DNA from: Escherichia phage vB_EcoM_KAW1E185
DNA length: 64,000 bases
Sequence record: NC_054922.1
Strand: one strand, 5' to 3'
Shown here in pieces: positions 43,660 to 55,050 of the stretch. The position numbers were made by a program, and so were the translations under genes. The notes below the pieces were generated by a model. That model searched no databases and was not told the DNA's origin. It worked only from the letters and a program-made list of their open reading frames with translations. Positions within the stretch are counted from its first letter, which is position 1; each line of letters begins with the position of its first letter.

Positions 43660-43994
43660 AGTAGAAAATCTAATGTATTAGTTTTTTCACAACGAACAAC
43701 AGAAGGACGTAAAAGATTTTCGTCAATAGCTTCTGACTGAATTTTTTCAATTATACCCGAAGGAATAAATTTAGCAAATTGAGTTTCAGGAATAGAATTT
43801 TCTTCCAAGAATGCTGTCGTAGCTTCAAGATAACTCATTCCAAACTCTTCTACCATTTTTTCAATAATAAATCCATTTTCTTGACGATCAAGAAGCTTTG
43901 CTATTTCATCCTTTTCTTTCTTAATTGAAAGTTCTTTTTCTGAAAGACCGGTCTCATCGACCGGACGAATATCATTTAGAGAAAACTGTGTCAT
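43656..43994 (-). CDS. 33: gp33 late transcription co-activator
   Basis: Recognised as T4 gp33; start set at MTQFSLNDI (112 aa). Confidence 0.8.
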   Translation of the reverse strand: MTQFSLNDIRPVDETGLSEKELSIKKEKDEIAKLLDRQENGFIIEKMVEEFGMSYLEATTAFLEENSIPETQFAKFIPSGIIEKIQSEAIDENLLRPSVVRCEKTNTLDFLL

Positions 43995-44241
43995 AAAGTT
44001 CAACTACCTCTTCAGTTTCAGCTTCAAACACATCACGGTTATCTTTATGATACAAAGCTAATAGACGATTAAACATCTTACCATCAACGCCAAGTTCATC
44101 TTTGGCACGAATTCGAATATCTTTAATCAGTTCATTATAACCGGAAATTTTCAGTTTATGATCAGATGCTTCTTTAATAAATTTAGCCAAGTCTTCGCCA
44201 TGGATAGCTTCATCAAATTCAACCATTTCTTTTTTAGCCAT
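43972..44241 (-). CDS. dsbA: DsbA double-stranded DNA-binding protein
   Basis: 89-aa ORF; T4 length and position. Confidence 0.8.
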   Translation of the reverse strand: MAKKEMVEFDEAIHGEDLAKFIKEASDHKLKISGYNELIKDIRIRAKDELGVDGKMFNRLLALYHKDNRDVFEAETEEVVELYDTVFSK

Positions 44242-44249
44242 TATTCACC

Positions 44250-45167
44250 TCAAAATTCATTAATGCTATTAGTTAATTTAGAAAGACCCGCTTTTACAAA
44301 ATATGAATAAATTTTGCCACGCGGTGGTAATTTATATGAATTATAGTAATTCACAATGTTTGAAGCAATATTATCAGGAATATAATCAAAATCAATTAGA
44401 ACTAAATTTTCTTTATAACGATTATATTCAGATTCTGTGAGAAGCACCTTAGCTTGCTCACGGTCATTAGCAATAGCTTCAACGATTGAAGTTTTCATTG
44501 AAGGAGTTCGTTCACCTTCAACTCTGGTAAACCAAAAGTCAGATCGTACTTTAACTGAAGCAACGTTATCTTTTTTGTCGCCTTTAAGGATTTTAGTCAT
44601 ACAGTCAATTTCAGCAGAACCGCTTTTAATTTTAACCCACTTCTTGTGCATCGGTGACCATTGCTTAACATTTGGATATTTGTGAAGTTGTGTAAAGTCA
44701 CCATCCGATGAAATGATTAAAATCTTATGTCCTTCTAAAGAGAACTTTTTAACAAGAACAGCAATGTGGTCATCTGCTTCATACTTATCAATATCCATAA
44801 CAATGTATGGCATATAAGCTTTCAATTCATCTATAACTTTATGGCTGGATTCAAAATAACCTTCCCAGTCCCAAGTAGATTCTTCTCGTGCTTTTCCACG
44901 GTTTTTCTTATAATAATAAGCAAAATCACGACGCCAGTATCCAGATTTCGCGTTATCAATACACAGTACAATTTTAGTGTATCCAAGAGCTTTTGCTTTT
45001 TTGACATTAAACTTAATTGAGTTCAATATCAAATGACGAACCATTGATAAATTAATTTTTTCTTTATCTGGGAAGTTTACCAAAGCAGTTGAAAGCGCAA
45101 TTTGACTAAAGTCAATTAAGCAGATTCCTTCTTTGTAATCTTCATCCAGCATCATTTCTAAATCCAT
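44250..45167 (-). CDS. rnh: RNase H (5'-3' exonuclease, FEN family)
   Basis: Recognised as T4 RNase H; start set at MDLEMMLDE (305 aa). Confidence 0.9.
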   Translation of the reverse strand: MDLEMMLDEDYKEGICLIDFSQIALSTALVNFPDKEKINLSMVRHLILNSIKFNVKKAKALGYTKIVLCIDNAKSGYWRRDFAYYYKKNRGKAREESTWDWEGYFESSHKVIDELKAYMPYIVMDIDKYEADDHIAVLVKKFSLEGHKILIISSDGDFTQLHKYPNVKQWSPMHKKWVKIKSGSAEIDCMTKILKGDKKDNVASVKVRSDFWFTRVEGERTPSMKTSIVEAIANDREQAKVLLTESEYNRYKENLVLIDFDYIPDNIASNIVNYYNSYKLPPRGKIYSYFVKAGLSKLTNSINEF

Positions 45168-45196
45168 ATGAACCTCGTTCAATTAGTGAGATTTCT

Positions 45197-45307
<111 letters not shown>

Positions 45308-45373
45308 CAAGCAGAAGACGGCATACGAGATCGATCGGTGTCTCGTGGGCTCGGAGATGTGTATAAGAGACAG
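45308..45373. other. Illumina Nextera i7 index adapter: P7 (CAAGCAGAAGACGGCATACGAGAT), 8-nt index CGATCGGT, GTCTCGTGGGCTCGG, mosaic end AGATGTGTATAAGAGACAG
   Basis: Exact match to the canonical Nextera index-2 primer architecture, recognised from memory; not phage sequence. Confidence 0.95.
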
Positions 45374-45428
45374 ATTATATACCATCCGAATCTTAAAGTA
45401 AACAAGTATAAATACTTATTATTGAAAA
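45374..45428. repeat. 55-bp direct repeat, copy 2 (native rnh-34 intergenic sequence)
   Basis: Identical to 45197-45251; continues into the gene 34 ribosome-binding site. Confidence 0.95.
45407..45414 (+). promoter_or_regulatory. T4-type late promoter TATAAATA for gene 34
   Basis: TATAAATA 35 nt upstream of the gene 34 ATG; duplicated at 45230-45237 within the artefactual repeat. Confidence 0.55.
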
Positions 45429-45448
45429 CACAATAGGAGCCCGGGAGA

Positions 45449-48400
45449 ATGGCCGAGATTAAAAGAAAGTTCAGAGCAGAAGATGGTCTGGACGCAGGTG
45501 GCGATAAAATAATCAACGTAGCTTTAGCTGATCGTGCCGTAGGAACTGACGGTGTTAACGTTGATTACCTAATTCAAGAAAACACAGTTCAACAATACGA
45601 TCCAACTCGTGGATATTTAAAAGATTTTGTAATCATTTATGATAACCGCTTTTGGGCTGCTATAAATGATATTCCAAAACCGGCAGGAGCTTTTAATAGC
45701 GGACGCTGGAGAGCATTACGTACCGATGCTAACTGGATTACAGTCTCATCTGGTTCATATCAATTAAAATCCGGTGAAGCTATTTCGGTTAACACTGCAG
45801 CTGGTAATGATATTACATTTACTTTACCATCTACCCCAATTGGCGGTGATACTATCGTTCTCCAAGATATTGGAGGAAAACCTGGAGTTAACCAAGTTTT
45901 AATTGTAGCTCCAGTGCAAAGTATTGTAAACTTTAGAGGCGAACAAGTACGTTCAGTACTAATGACTCATCCAAAGTCGCAGTTAGTTTTAATTTTTAGT
46001 AATCGTCTGTGGCAAATGTATGTAGCTGATTATAGTAGAGAAGCTGTAGTTGTAACACCAGCGAATACTTATCAAGCGCAATCTAATGATTTTATCGTAC
46101 GTAGATTTACTTCTGCTGCACCGATAAATATTAAACTTCCGAGATTTGCTAATCACGGCGATATTATTAATTTCGTCGATTTAGATAAACTAAATCCGCT
46201 TTATCATACAATTGTTACTACATACGATGAAACGACATCAGTACAAGAAGATGGAACTCATTCCATTGAAGGCCGTACATCTATTGATGGTTTCTTGATG
46301 TATGATGATAATGAGAAATTATGGAGATTATTTGACGGGGATAGTAAAGCACGTTTACGCATTATAACAACCAATTCTAATATTCGTCCAAATGAAGAAG
46401 TTATGGTATTTGGTGCGAATAATGGAACAACCCAAACAATTGAACTTCAGCTTCCAACTAATATTTCTGTTGGTGATACTGTCAAAATTTCCATGAATTA
46501 CATGCGAAAAGGACAAACAGTTAAAATCAAAGCTGCCGGTGAAGATAAAATTGCTTCTTCAGTTCAATTGCTGCAGTTCCCAAAACGTTCAGAGTATCCA
46601 CCTGAAGCTGAATGGGTAACTGTTCAAGAATTAGTTTTTAACGGTGAAACTAATTATGTTCCAGTTTTACAACTTGCTTATATAGAAGATTCTGATGGAA
46701 AATACTGGGTTGTACAACAAAACGTTCCAACCGTAGAAAGAGTAGACTCTTTGAATGATTCTACTAGAGCAAGATTAGGCGTAATTGCTTTAGCTACACA
46801 AGCTCAAGCTAATGCCGATTTAGAAAATTCTCCACAAAAAGAATTAGCAATTACTCCAGAAACATTAGCTAACCGTACTGCTACAGAAACTCGTAGAGGT
46901 ATCGCAAGAATAGCAACTACTGCTCAAGTAAACCAGGATACTACATTCTCTTTTGCTGACGATATTATCATCACTCCTAAAAAGCTGAATGAAAGAACTG
47001 CTACAGAAACTCGCAGAGGTGTTGCTGAAATTGCTACGCAACAGGAAACTAATGCAGGTACTGATGATACTACAATCATCACTCCTAAAAAGCTTCAAGC
47101 TCGTCAGGGTTCTGAATCATTATCTGGTATTGTAACCTTTGTATCTACCGCAGGAGCTACTCCAGCTTCTAGTCGTGAATTAAATGGTACAAACGTTTAT
47201 AATAAAAACACTAATAATTTAGTTGTTTCGCCTAAAGCTCTGGATCAGTATAAAGCTACTCCAACACAACAAGGTGCAGTAATTTTAGCAGTTGAAAGCG
47301 AAGTAATTGCTGGACAAAGCCAAGAAGGATGGGCAAATGCGGTTGTAACGCCAGAAACGTTACATAAAAAGACATCAACTGATGGAAGAATTGGTTTAAT
47401 TGAAATTGCTACACAAAGTGAAGTTAATACAGGAACTGATTATACTCGTGCAGTCACTCCTAAAACTTTAAATGACCGTAAAGCAACTGAAAGTTTAAGT
47501 GGTATAGCTGAAATTGCTACACAAGTTGAATTCGACGCAGGCGTCGACGATACTCGTATCTCTACACCATTAAAAATTAAAACTAGATTTAATAGTACTG
47601 ATCGTACTTCTGTTGTTGCTCTATCTGGATTAGTTGAATCAGGAACTCTCTGGGACCATTATACCCTTAATATTCTTGAAGCAAATGAGACACAGCGTGG
47701 TACACTTCGTGTAGCTACACAAGTTGAAGCTGCTGCAGGAACATTAGATAATGTTTTAATAACTCCTAAAAAGCTTTTAGGTACTAAATCTACTGAAGCA
47801 CAGGAAGGTGTTATTAAAGTTGCAACCCAGTCTGAAACTGTGACTGGAACGTCAGCAAATACTGCTGTATCTCCAAAAAATTTAAAATGGATTGTGCAGA
47901 GTGAACCTACTTGGGCAGCTACTACTGCGATAAGAGGCTTTGTTAAAACTTCATCTGGTTCAATTACATTCGTTGGTAATGATACAGTTGGTTCAACACA
48001 GTCGTTAGAATTATACGAGAAAAATAGCTATGCAGTATCACCATATGAATTAAACCGTGTATTAGCAAATTATTTGCCATTAAAAGCAAAGGCTGCTGAT
48101 ACAAATTTATTGGATGGTCTAGATTCATCCCAGTTCATTCGTAGGGATATTGCACAGACAGTTAATGGTTCACTAACCTTAACCCAACAAACGAATCTGA
48201 GTGCCCCTCTTGTATCATCTAGTACTGCTACGTTTGGCGGATCAGTTTCGGCAAACAGCACATTAACTATTTCTAATACTGGAACGGCAACTCGTCTGAT
48301 TTTTGAGAAAGGACCTCAAACTGGAACTAACCCAGTGCAGACGATGACTATCAGAGTTTGGGGAAATCAGTTCGGTGGCGGTTCAGATACAACACGTTCT

Positions 48401-49318
48401 ACGGTATTTGAAGTTGGTGATGAAACGTCTAATCACTTTTATTCTCAACGTAATAAAGCTGGGAATATAACGTTTAGTATCAATGGTACTGTAATGCCAA
48501 TAAATGTTAATGCTTCGGGTTCTTTGAACGCGGGCGGCGTTGCAACATTTGGTAGTTCAGTTACAGCCAATGGTGAATTCATCAGCAAGTCTGCAAATGC
48601 TTTCAGAGCAATAAATGGCGACTATGGATTCTTTATTCGCAATGATGCTGCTAACACCTATTTTATGCTTACTGCATCGGGTGATCAGACTGGTGGATTT
48701 AATGGATTACGTCCTTTAGCTATTAATAATGCATCTGGTCAAGTAACGATTGGTGAAAGCTTAATCATTGCCAAAGGTGCTACTATAAATTCAGGTGGTT
48801 TAACTGTTAACTCGAGAATTCGTTCTCAGGGTACTAAAACCGCTGATTTATACACCCGTGCACCGACATCTGATACTGTAGGATTCTGGTCAATTGACAT
48901 TAATGATTCAGCCACTTATAATCAGTTCCCAGGTTATTTTAAAATGGTTGAAAAAACTAATGAAGTGACTGGACTTCCATACTTAGAACGCGGTGAAGAA
49001 GTTAAATCTCCTGGTACATTGACTCAGTTTGGTAACACACTTGACTCGCTTTACCAAGATTGGATTACTTATCCAACAACTCCAGAAGCGCGTACCACTC
49101 GCTGGACACGTACATGGCAGAAAACCAAAAACTCTTGGTCAAGTTTTGTTCAGGTATTTGACGGAGGTAACCCTCCTCAACCATCTGACATCGGTGCTTT
49201 ACCATCTGATAATGCTACAATGGGCAATCTTACTATTCGTGATTTCTTACGAATTGGTAATGTTCGCATTATTCCTGACCCAGTGAATAAAACTGTTAAA
49301 TTTGAATGGGTTGAATAA
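45449..49318 (+). CDS. 34: Long tail fibre proximal subunit gp34
   Basis: 1289-aa ORF recognised as T4 gp34 (same length); internal repeats such as ...RTATETRRG(I/V)A(R/E)IAT... Confidence 0.93.
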   Translation: MAEIKRKFRAEDGLDAGGDKIINVALADRAVGTDGVNVDYLIQENTVQQYDPTRGYLKDFVIIYDNRFWAAINDIPKPAGAFNSGRWRALRTDANWITVSSGSYQLKSGEAISVNTAAGNDITFTLPSTPIGGDTIVLQDIGGKPGVNQVLIVAPVQSIVNFRGEQVRSVLMTHPKSQLVLIFSNRLWQMYVADYSREAVVVTPANTYQAQSNDFIVRRFTSAAPINIKLPRFANHGDIINFVDLDKLNPLYHTIVTTYDETTSVQEDGTHSIEGRTSIDGFLMYDDNEKLWRLFDGDSKARLRIITTNSNIRPNEEVMVFGANNGTTQTIELQLPTNISVGDTVKISMNYMRKGQTVKIKAAGEDKIASSVQLLQFPKRSEYPPEAEWVTVQELVFNGETNYVPVLQLAYIEDSDGKYWVVQQNVPTVERVDSLNDSTRARLGVIALATQAQANADLENSPQKELAITPETLANRTATETRRGIARIATTAQVNQDTTFSFADDIIITPKKLNERTATETRRGVAEIATQQETNAGTDDTTIITPKKLQARQGSESLSGIVTFVSTAGATPASSRELNGTNVYNKNTNNLVVSPKALDQYKATPTQQGAVILAVESEVIAGQSQEGWANAVVTPETLHKKTSTDGRIGLIEIATQSEVNTGTDYTRAVTPKTLNDRKATESLSGIAEIATQVEFDAGVDDTRISTPLKIKTRFNSTDRTSVVALSGLVESGTLWDHYTLNILEANETQRGTLRVATQVEAAAGTLDNVLITPKKLLGTKSTEAQEGVIKVATQSETVTGTSANTAVSPKNLKWIVQSEPTWAATTAIRGFVKTSSGSITFVGNDTVGSTQSLELYEKNSYAVSPYELNRVLANYLPLKAKAADTNLLDGLDSSQFIRRDIAQTVNGSLTLTQQTNLSAPLVSSSTATFGGSVSANSTLTISNTGTATRLIFEKGPQTGTNPVQTMTIRVWGNQFGGGSDTTRSTVFEVGDETSNHFYSQRNKAGNITFSINGTVMPINVNASGSLNAGGVATFGSSVTANGEFISKSANAFRAINGDYGFFIRNDAANTYFMLTASGDQTGGFNGLRPLAINNASGQVTIGESLIIAKGATINSGGLTVNSRIRSQGTKTADLYTRAPTSDTVGFWSIDINDSATYNQFPGYFKMVEKTNEVTGLPYLERGEEVKSPGTLTQFGNTLDSLYQDWITYPTTPEARTTRWTRTWQKTKNSWSSFVQVFDGGNPPQPSDIGALPSDNATMGNLTIRDFLRIGNVRIIPDPVNKTVKFEWVE

Positions 49319-49326
49319 GAGGTATT

Positions 49327-50442
49327 ATGGAAAAATTTATGGCAGAGTTTGGACAAGGATATGTCCAAACGCCATTTTTATCGGAAAGCAATTCAGTAAG
49401 ATATAAAATAAGTATAGCGGGTTCTTGCCCGCTTTCTACAGCAGGACCATACGTTAAATTTCAGGATAATCCTGTAGGAAGTCAAACATTTAGCGCAGGC
49501 CTTCATTTAAGAGTTTTTGACCCTTCTACAGGAGCATTAGTTGATAGTAAGTCATATGCTTTTTCGACTTCAAATGATACTACATCAGCTGCTTTTGTTA
49601 GTTTCATGAATTCTTTGACGAATAATAGAATTGTTGCTATATTAACTAGCGGAAAGGTTAATTTTCCTCCTGAAGTAGTATCTTGGTTAAGAACCGCAGG
49701 AACGTCTGCTTTTCCATCTGACTCTATATTGTCAAGATTCGACGTATCATATGCTGCTTTTTATACTTCTTCTAAAAGAGCTATCGCATTAGAGCATGTT
49801 AAACTGAGTAATAGAAAAAGCACAGATGATTATCAAACTATTTTAGATGTTGTATTTGACAGTTTAGAAGACGTCGGAGCTACCGGGTTTCCAAGAAGAA
49901 CGTATGAAAGCGTTGAGCAATTCATGTCAGCGGTTGGTGGAACTAATAACGAAATTGCGCGTCTACCAACTTCAGCTACTATAAGTAAATTATCTGATTA
50001 TAATTTAATTCCTGGCGATGTTCTTTATCTTAAAGCTCAGTTATATGCTGATGCCGATTTACTTGCTCTTGGAACTACAAATATATCTATCCGTTTTTAT
50101 AATGCATCAAATGGATATATTTCCTCGACACAAGCTGAATTTACCGGGCAAGCTGGATCTTGGGAATTAAAGGAAGATTATGTAGTTGTTCCAGAAAACG
50201 CGGTAGGATTTACGATATACGCACAAAGAACTGCACAAGCAGGTCAAGGTGGCATGAGAAATTTAAGCTTTTCTGAAGTATCAAGAAACGGCGGTATTTC
50301 AAAACCCGCTGAATTTGGCGTCAATGGTATTCGTGTTAATTATATCTGTGAATCTGCTTCACCTCCGGATATAATGGTACTTCCTACACAAGCATCGTCT
50401 AAAACTGGTAAAGTGTTTGGGCAAGAATTTAGAGAAGTATAA
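49327..50442 (+). CDS. 35: Long tail fibre hinge connector gp35
   Basis: 371-aa ORF; T4 position. Confidence 0.88.
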   Translation: MEKFMAEFGQGYVQTPFLSESNSVRYKISIAGSCPLSTAGPYVKFQDNPVGSQTFSAGLHLRVFDPSTGALVDSKSYAFSTSNDTTSAAFVSFMNSLTNNRIVAILTSGKVNFPPEVVSWLRTAGTSAFPSDSILSRFDVSYAAFYTSSKRAIALEHVKLSNRKSTDDYQTILDVVFDSLEDVGATGFPRRTYESVEQFMSAVGGTNNEIARLPTSATISKLSDYNLIPGDVLYLKAQLYADADLLALGTTNISIRFYNASNGYISSTQAEFTGQAGSWELKEDYVVVPENAVGFTIYAQRTAQAGQGGMRNLSFSEVSRNGGISKPAEFGVNGIRVNYICESASPPDIMVLPTQASSKTGKVFGQEFREV

Positions 50443-50447
50443 ATTGA

Positions 50448-50470
50448 GGGAGCCTTCGGGTTCCCTTTTT
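50448..50470 (+). terminator. Rho-independent terminator after gene 35 (UUCG-loop hairpin with one G-U pair, plus T-run)
   Basis: GGGAGCC-UUCG-GGUUCCC followed by TTTTT. Confidence 0.55.
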
Positions 50471-50473
50471 CTT

Positions 50474-50481
50474 TATAAATA
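50474..50481 (+). promoter_or_regulatory. T4-type late promoter TATAAATA for genes 36/37
   Basis: TATAAATA 24 nt upstream of the gene 36 ATG. Confidence 0.55.
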
Positions 50482-50504
50482 CTATTAAAATAAAGGGGCA
50501 TACA

Positions 50505-51170
50505 ATGGCTGATTTAAAAGTAGGTTCAACAACCGGAGGCTCTGTCATTTGGCATCAAGGAAATTTTCCATTGAATCCAGCCGGTGACGATGTACTCTAT
50601 AAATCATTTAAAATATATTCAGAATATAATAAACCACAAGCTGCTGATAACGATTTCGTTTCTAAAGCTAATGGTGGTACTTATGCATCAAAGGTAACAT
50701 TTAACGGTGGAGTTCAAGTTCCGTATGCTGTAAACAACACAAACCCATGCGGTGTTTATCCAGGTAACGGTGATAATGCTACTTTTGCTGTAGCAAATAT
50801 CGATATTGTTTCGTGGAATGGTATTGGTTTTAAATCATCACAAGGTTCAGCAGCTCGAACTGTTGTAATTAATGCACGTAATGGTGATATTAGTACAAAA
50901 GGCGTTGTGTCGGCAGCAGGTCAAGTAAGAAGTGATGCGGCTGCTCCTATAGCAGCGAATGACCTTACTAGAAAGGACTATGTTGATGGAGCAATAAATA
51001 CTGTTACGGCAAATGCAAACTCTAGGGTGCTACGGTCTGGTGACACCATGATAGGTAATTTAACAGCGCCAAACTTTTTCTCGCAGAATCCTGCATCTCA
51101 ACCTTCACACGTTCCACGATTTGACCAAATCGTAATTAAGGATTCTGTTCAAGATTTCGGCTATTATTAA
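50505..51170 (+). CDS. 36: Long tail fibre distal connector gp36
   Basis: 221-aa ORF; T4 length. Confidence 0.9.
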   Translation: MADLKVGSTTGGSVIWHQGNFPLNPAGDDVLYKSFKIYSEYNKPQAADNDFVSKANGGTYASKVTFNGGVQVPYAVNNTNPCGVYPGNGDNATFAVANIDIVSWNGIGFKSSQGSAARTVVINARNGDISTKGVVSAAGQVRSDAAAPIAANDLTRKDYVDGAINTVTANANSRVLRSGDTMIGNLTAPNFFSQNPASQPSHVPRFDQIVIKDSVQDFGYY

Positions 51171-51178
51171 GAGGACTT

Positions 51179-54100
51179 ATGGCTACTTTAAAACAAATAC
51201 AATTTAAAAGAAGCAAAACCGCAGGTGCACGTCCTGCTGCTTCAGTATTAGCCGAAGGTGAATTGGCTATAAACTTAAAAGATAGAACAATTTTTACTAA
51301 AGATGACACAGGAAATATCATCGATTTAAGCATTTCTACTGGCGGTAATATCAGTGGTAATATCACTCAAACTGGTGATTATACACAGACTGGAAAATTT
51401 AATTTAATTGGTCCGCAAATTGTAGCAAGCGGTGGATATATTGAGTTTAATTATCGTACTACTGGAAGTGGGGCTTGGTCCGGTCAACATACTGCGAAAG
51501 CTCCAATTTTTGTAGATTTAAGCTCAGCTACTTCCACATCTGAATATAATCCTATAATTAAACAGCGCTTTAAAGATGGAACTTTTTCATTAGGTACTTT
51601 AGTTTCTGAAGGTTCGTTGAAGATTCATTATATCAATGAATCTGGCGATTCGAAATATTGGACGTTTCGACGTGACGGCGGATTTACTGTTGACGGTGGA
51701 GGTTTAGCAGTATCAGGAGGTAGTATAACTACATCTGGAAATATCGCAGCTATTGGAAATATTACTTCGCCTCAGATTAATACTAAAAATATTATTTTAG
51801 ATACAAAAGCATTTGGACAATACGATTCGCAATCATTAGTTCAATATGTTTATCCTGGAACAGGCGAAGAAAATGGTATAAACTATCTTCGTAAAGTTCG
51901 AGCTAAATCAGGCGGTACAATTTATCATGAATTAGCTTCTGCGCAAACCGGAAAAAGTGATGAACTTTCTTGGTGGACTGGTAATACAGCCGTTAATAAA
52001 CAAATGGGTCTTCGTAATGATGGGGCTTTAGTATTACGACGCTCACTCGCAATTGGTACAATTACAACAGATGAAAACATTAATAACTACGGCTCCGCTG
52101 GAGCAATGGGCGAATGTTATATAGTTATCGGTGATGCATCAACAGGCTTATCATACAAAAAAACTGGAGTATATGATTTAGTTGCTAGTGGTCTTTCTTT
52201 AGCATCTATTACTCCTGATAGTTTCCGTAGTACCCGTAAAGCGATTTTTGGTCGTTCCGAGGACCAAGGTACAACATGGATTATGCCTGGAACCAACGCC
52301 GCGTTTTTATCGGTTCAAACACAAGCTGATGAAAACACTGCTGGAGACGGCCAGACGCATATTGGCTATAACTCAGGCGGAAAAATGAACCACTATTTCC
52401 GTGGTAAAGGCAAAACTAATATTAATACTCAAGAAGGCATGGAAGTTAACCCGGGTATTTTGAAATTGGTAACTGGCTCTAATAATGTAATGTTTTATGC
52501 TGATGGCGGTATTACATCTGTTAAGCAGCTTTCAATATATAATGGCATATATTTAGCAGCTAATAATTCTACTGCTGGGCTAACATTCGCTCCAACTACT
52601 ACAATTGATGGTACTAAGCAAATTTTGTGGGAAGGCGGTACTCGTGCTGGGCAGAATAAAAGCTATGTAACTGTTAAAGCATGGGGTAATTCATTTAACG
52701 CATCTGGCGATCGTAATCGTGAAACGGTTTTTGAAGTAGCTGATGGACAAGGATATTATTTTTATTCACAGCGTGTGGCTCCAAGTGGCTCTGAAACTAC
52801 TGGGCCTGTTGTAACCCAGTTCAATGGACAAGTTAATGCTAGAGGAAGTATTATTACTGACGGAAGTTTTAAAGTTAATGGATTAAGCACTTTAGTCGGT
52901 AATGTTACCATGTCTAATGGTTTGTTTGTCCAAGGTGGTTCTTCTATTACTGGACAAGTAAAAATTGGTGGAACTGTTGATGCATTAAGAATTTGGAATG
53001 CCGAATACGGTGCTATTTTCCGTCGCTCAGAAACAGCATTACATATTATCCCGACTCCTAAAGATGCCGGTGAAAGTGGTGGAATAAGTAATCTCCGCCC
53101 ACTTAGTATTAGCCTTAATAATGGTATGGTGCAAATGCGTCATTCCGTTACATTAGGTGATGATGGTGCAGGCGGTAATATGGTGACGGTTGATAATGAT
53201 TCTAAAGTTATGGTAATGACGACTAATAGCCGTATTAGTCCTAACTTCCGTATGCAAATTGGACGGTCGTCTTATATTGATGTGGAATGTACTGATGCTG
53301 TGAGACCTGCTGGAGCCGGTTCTTTTGCTTCACAGAATAACGAAAACGTTCGCGCTCCGTTCTATATGAATATTGATAGAACAGATACAAGCACTTATGT
53401 TCCTATTGTGAAACAAAGATACGTTCAAAATAATAGTTGCTATTCTATTGGTACTTTAATTAATGGTGGTAACTTTAGAGTTCATTATCATGAAGGCGGA
53501 GACGGCGTTTCTACTGGTGCTATTATAAAGGATCTTGGATGGGAATTTAATAAAAACGGTGATTTTTATTCTCCTGGTAAATTAGGCGCTGGAAATATTA
53601 GAATAGGTACTGATGGTAATATTACTGGCGGAACTGGTAACTTTGCTAACTTGAACACAACTATCGAATCATTAAAAACCGATATTGTATCGAGTTACCC
53701 AATCGGTGCTCCTATTCCATGGCCAACGGATACTCCTCCTGACGGTTACGCTATTATGGAAGGCCAGACTTTTGATAAGTCTGCATACCCAAAATTGGCT
53801 ATGGCTTACCCATCTGGCGTAATTCCAGATATGCGCGGGCAAACTATTAAAGGTAAACCAAGTGGTCGAGCTGTATTAAGCGCAGAAGCCGATGGTGTTA
53901 AGGCTCATAGCCATAGTGCATCGGCTTCAAGTACTGACTTGGGTACTAAAACTACGTCGAGTTTTGATTATGGTACTAAGACGACAAGTAGCTTTGACTA
54001 TGGCACTAAGACTAGCAATACCACAGGTAACCACTCTCATACTGTAAGCGGTACTACGAGTTCTGCTGGTGCACACCAACATGCGCGCTCAGGTCCTCAG

Positions 54101-54451
54101 ATACAAGCCGGCATACCCAATAACATATTCTATGACGGATATAATAGTGTAGGTGCAAACGCCAACGCTAAATTCACTGGAACCGTGAACGGTGCTACTG
54201 TAGGGTCGAATATAGCCAAAACTTCTTCAGACGGTGCTCATACTCATACTTGGTCTGGTACTACAAGCACTACAGGTAACCATGCTCACACAGTAGGTAT
54301 TGGTGCTCATACCCATACTGTAGGTATCGGTGCTCATACCCACACGGTAGCAATTGGCTCGCATGGTCATACTATCACTGTAAATAGTACAGGTAATACA
54401 GAAAACACGGTTAAAAACATTGCTTTTAACTATATCGTTCGTTTAGCATAA
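51179..54451 (+). CDS. 37: Long tail fibre distal subunit / receptor-binding protein gp37
   Basis: 1090-aa ORF; N-terminal part gp36-like, C-terminal tip with repeated His-x-His boxes ([16 protein letters not shown]...) as in T4-type gp37; longer than the 1026 aa I recall for T4. Confidence 0.9.
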   Translation: MATLKQIQFKRSKTAGARPAASVLAEGELAINLKDRTIFTKDDTGNIIDLSISTGGNISGNITQTGDYTQTGKFNLIGPQIVASGGYIEFNYRTTGSGAWSGQHTAKAPIFVDLSSATSTSEYNPIIKQRFKDGTFSLGTLVSEGSLKIHYINESGDSKYWTFRRDGGFTVDGGGLAVSGGSITTSGNIAAIGNITSPQINTKNIILDTKAFGQYDSQSLVQYVYPGTGEENGINYLRKVRAKSGGTIYHELASAQTGKSDELSWWTGNTAVNKQMGLRNDGALVLRRSLAIGTITTDENINNYGSAGAMGECYIVIGDASTGLSYKKTGVYDLVASGLSLASITPDSFRSTRKAIFGRSEDQGTTWIMPGTNAAFLSVQTQADENTAGDGQTHIGYNSGGKMNHYFRGKGKTNINTQEGMEVNPGILKLVTGSNNVMFYADGGITSVKQLSIYNGIYLAANNSTAGLTFAPTTTIDGTKQILWEGGTRAGQNKSYVTVKAWGNSFNASGDRNRETVFEVADGQGYYFYSQRVAPSGSETTGPVVTQFNGQVNARGSIITDGSFKVNGLSTLVGNVTMSNGLFVQGGSSITGQVKIGGTVDALRIWNAEYGAIFRRSETALHIIPTPKDAGESGGISNLRPLSISLNNGMVQMRHSVTLGDDGAGGNMVTVDNDSKVMVMTTNSRISPNFRMQIGRSSYIDVECTDAVRPAGAGSFASQNNENVRAPFYMNIDRTDTSTYVPIVKQRYVQNNSCYSIGTLINGGNFRVHYHEGGDGVSTGAIIKDLGWEFNKNGDFYSPGKLGAGNIRIGTDGNITGGTGNFANLNTTIESLKTDIVSSYPIGAPIPWPTDTPPDGYAIMEGQTFDKSAYPKLAMAYPSGVIPDMRGQTIKGKPSGRAVLSAEADGVKAHSHSASASSTDLGTKTTSSFDYGTKTTSSFDYGTKTSNTTGNHSHTVSGTTSSAGAHQHARSGPQIQAGIPNNIFYDGYNSVGANANAKFTGTVNGATVGSNIAKTSSDGAHTHTWSGTTSTTGNHAHTVGIGAHTHTVGIGAHTHTVAIGSHGHTITVNSTGNTENTVKNIAFNYIVRLA

Positions 54452-54481
54452 GGAGAGGGGCTTCGGCCCCTTCTGAATATG
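54451..54481 (+). promoter_or_regulatory. Gene 38 translation initiation region with a C(UUCG)G hairpin between the Shine-Dalgarno and the ATG
   Basis: AGGAG at 54451-54455, hairpin GGGGC-UUCG-GCCCC at 54457-54470, ATG at 54479; the hairpin shortens the effective SD-ATG spacing. Confidence 0.6.
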
Positions 54482-55030
54482 AAAATATATCATTATTATT
54501 TTGACACTAAAGAATTTTACAAAGAAGAAAATTACAAACCGGTTAAAGGACTCGGTCTTCCTGCTCATTCAACAATTAAAAAACCTTTAGAACCTAAAGA
54601 AGGATACGCAGTTGTATTTGATGAACGTACTCAAGATTGGATTTATGAAGAAGACCATCGCGGCAAACGAGCATGGACTTTTAATAAAGAAGAAATTTTT
54701 ATAAGTGACATTGGAAGCCCGGTTGGTATAACCTTTGATGAGCCCGGCGAATTTGATATATGGACTGATGACGGTTGGAAAGAAGACGAAACATATAAAC
54801 GCGTTTTAATTCGCAATAGAAAAATTGAAGAATTATACAAAGAATTCCAAGTTTTAAATAATATGATTGAAGCTTCTGTCGCGAATAAAAAGGAAAAATT
54901 CTATTATAAAAACCTTAAGCGGTTCTTTGCTCTTTTAGAAAAGCATGAGCATTTAGGTGGTGAATTCCCTTCATGGCCTGAAAAAGAACGGAAACCTTGG
55001 TATAAGCGTTTATTCAAGCATTACGTATAA
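54479..55030 (+). CDS. 38: gp38 tail fibre assembly chaperone (T4 type)
   Basis: 183-aa ORF recognised as the T4-type gp38 chaperone, not the roughly 260-aa T2-type adhesin. Confidence 0.85.
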   Translation: MKIYHYYFDTKEFYKEENYKPVKGLGLPAHSTIKKPLEPKEGYAVVFDERTQDWIYEEDHRGKRAWTFNKEEIFISDIGSPVGITFDEPGEFDIWTDDGWKEDETYKRVLIRNRKIEELYKEFQVLNNMIEASVANKKEKFYYKNLKRFFALLEKHEHLGGEFPSWPEKERKPWYKRLFKHYV

Positions 55031-55033
55031 ATA
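55026..55033 (+). promoter_or_regulatory. T4-type late promoter TATAAATA for holin gene t
   Basis: TATAAATA overlapping the gene 38 stop, 18 nt upstream of the t ATG. Confidence 0.55.
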
Positions 55034-55050
55034 TCTTAAAAGGAGGGTCT

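Noticed and set aside
53942-54373. Tandem short repeats that might suggest a CRISPR array or VNTR
   Set aside because: The repeats are in-frame inside gp37 and encode repeated peptide units; there are no unique spacer-like sequences and no cas genes.
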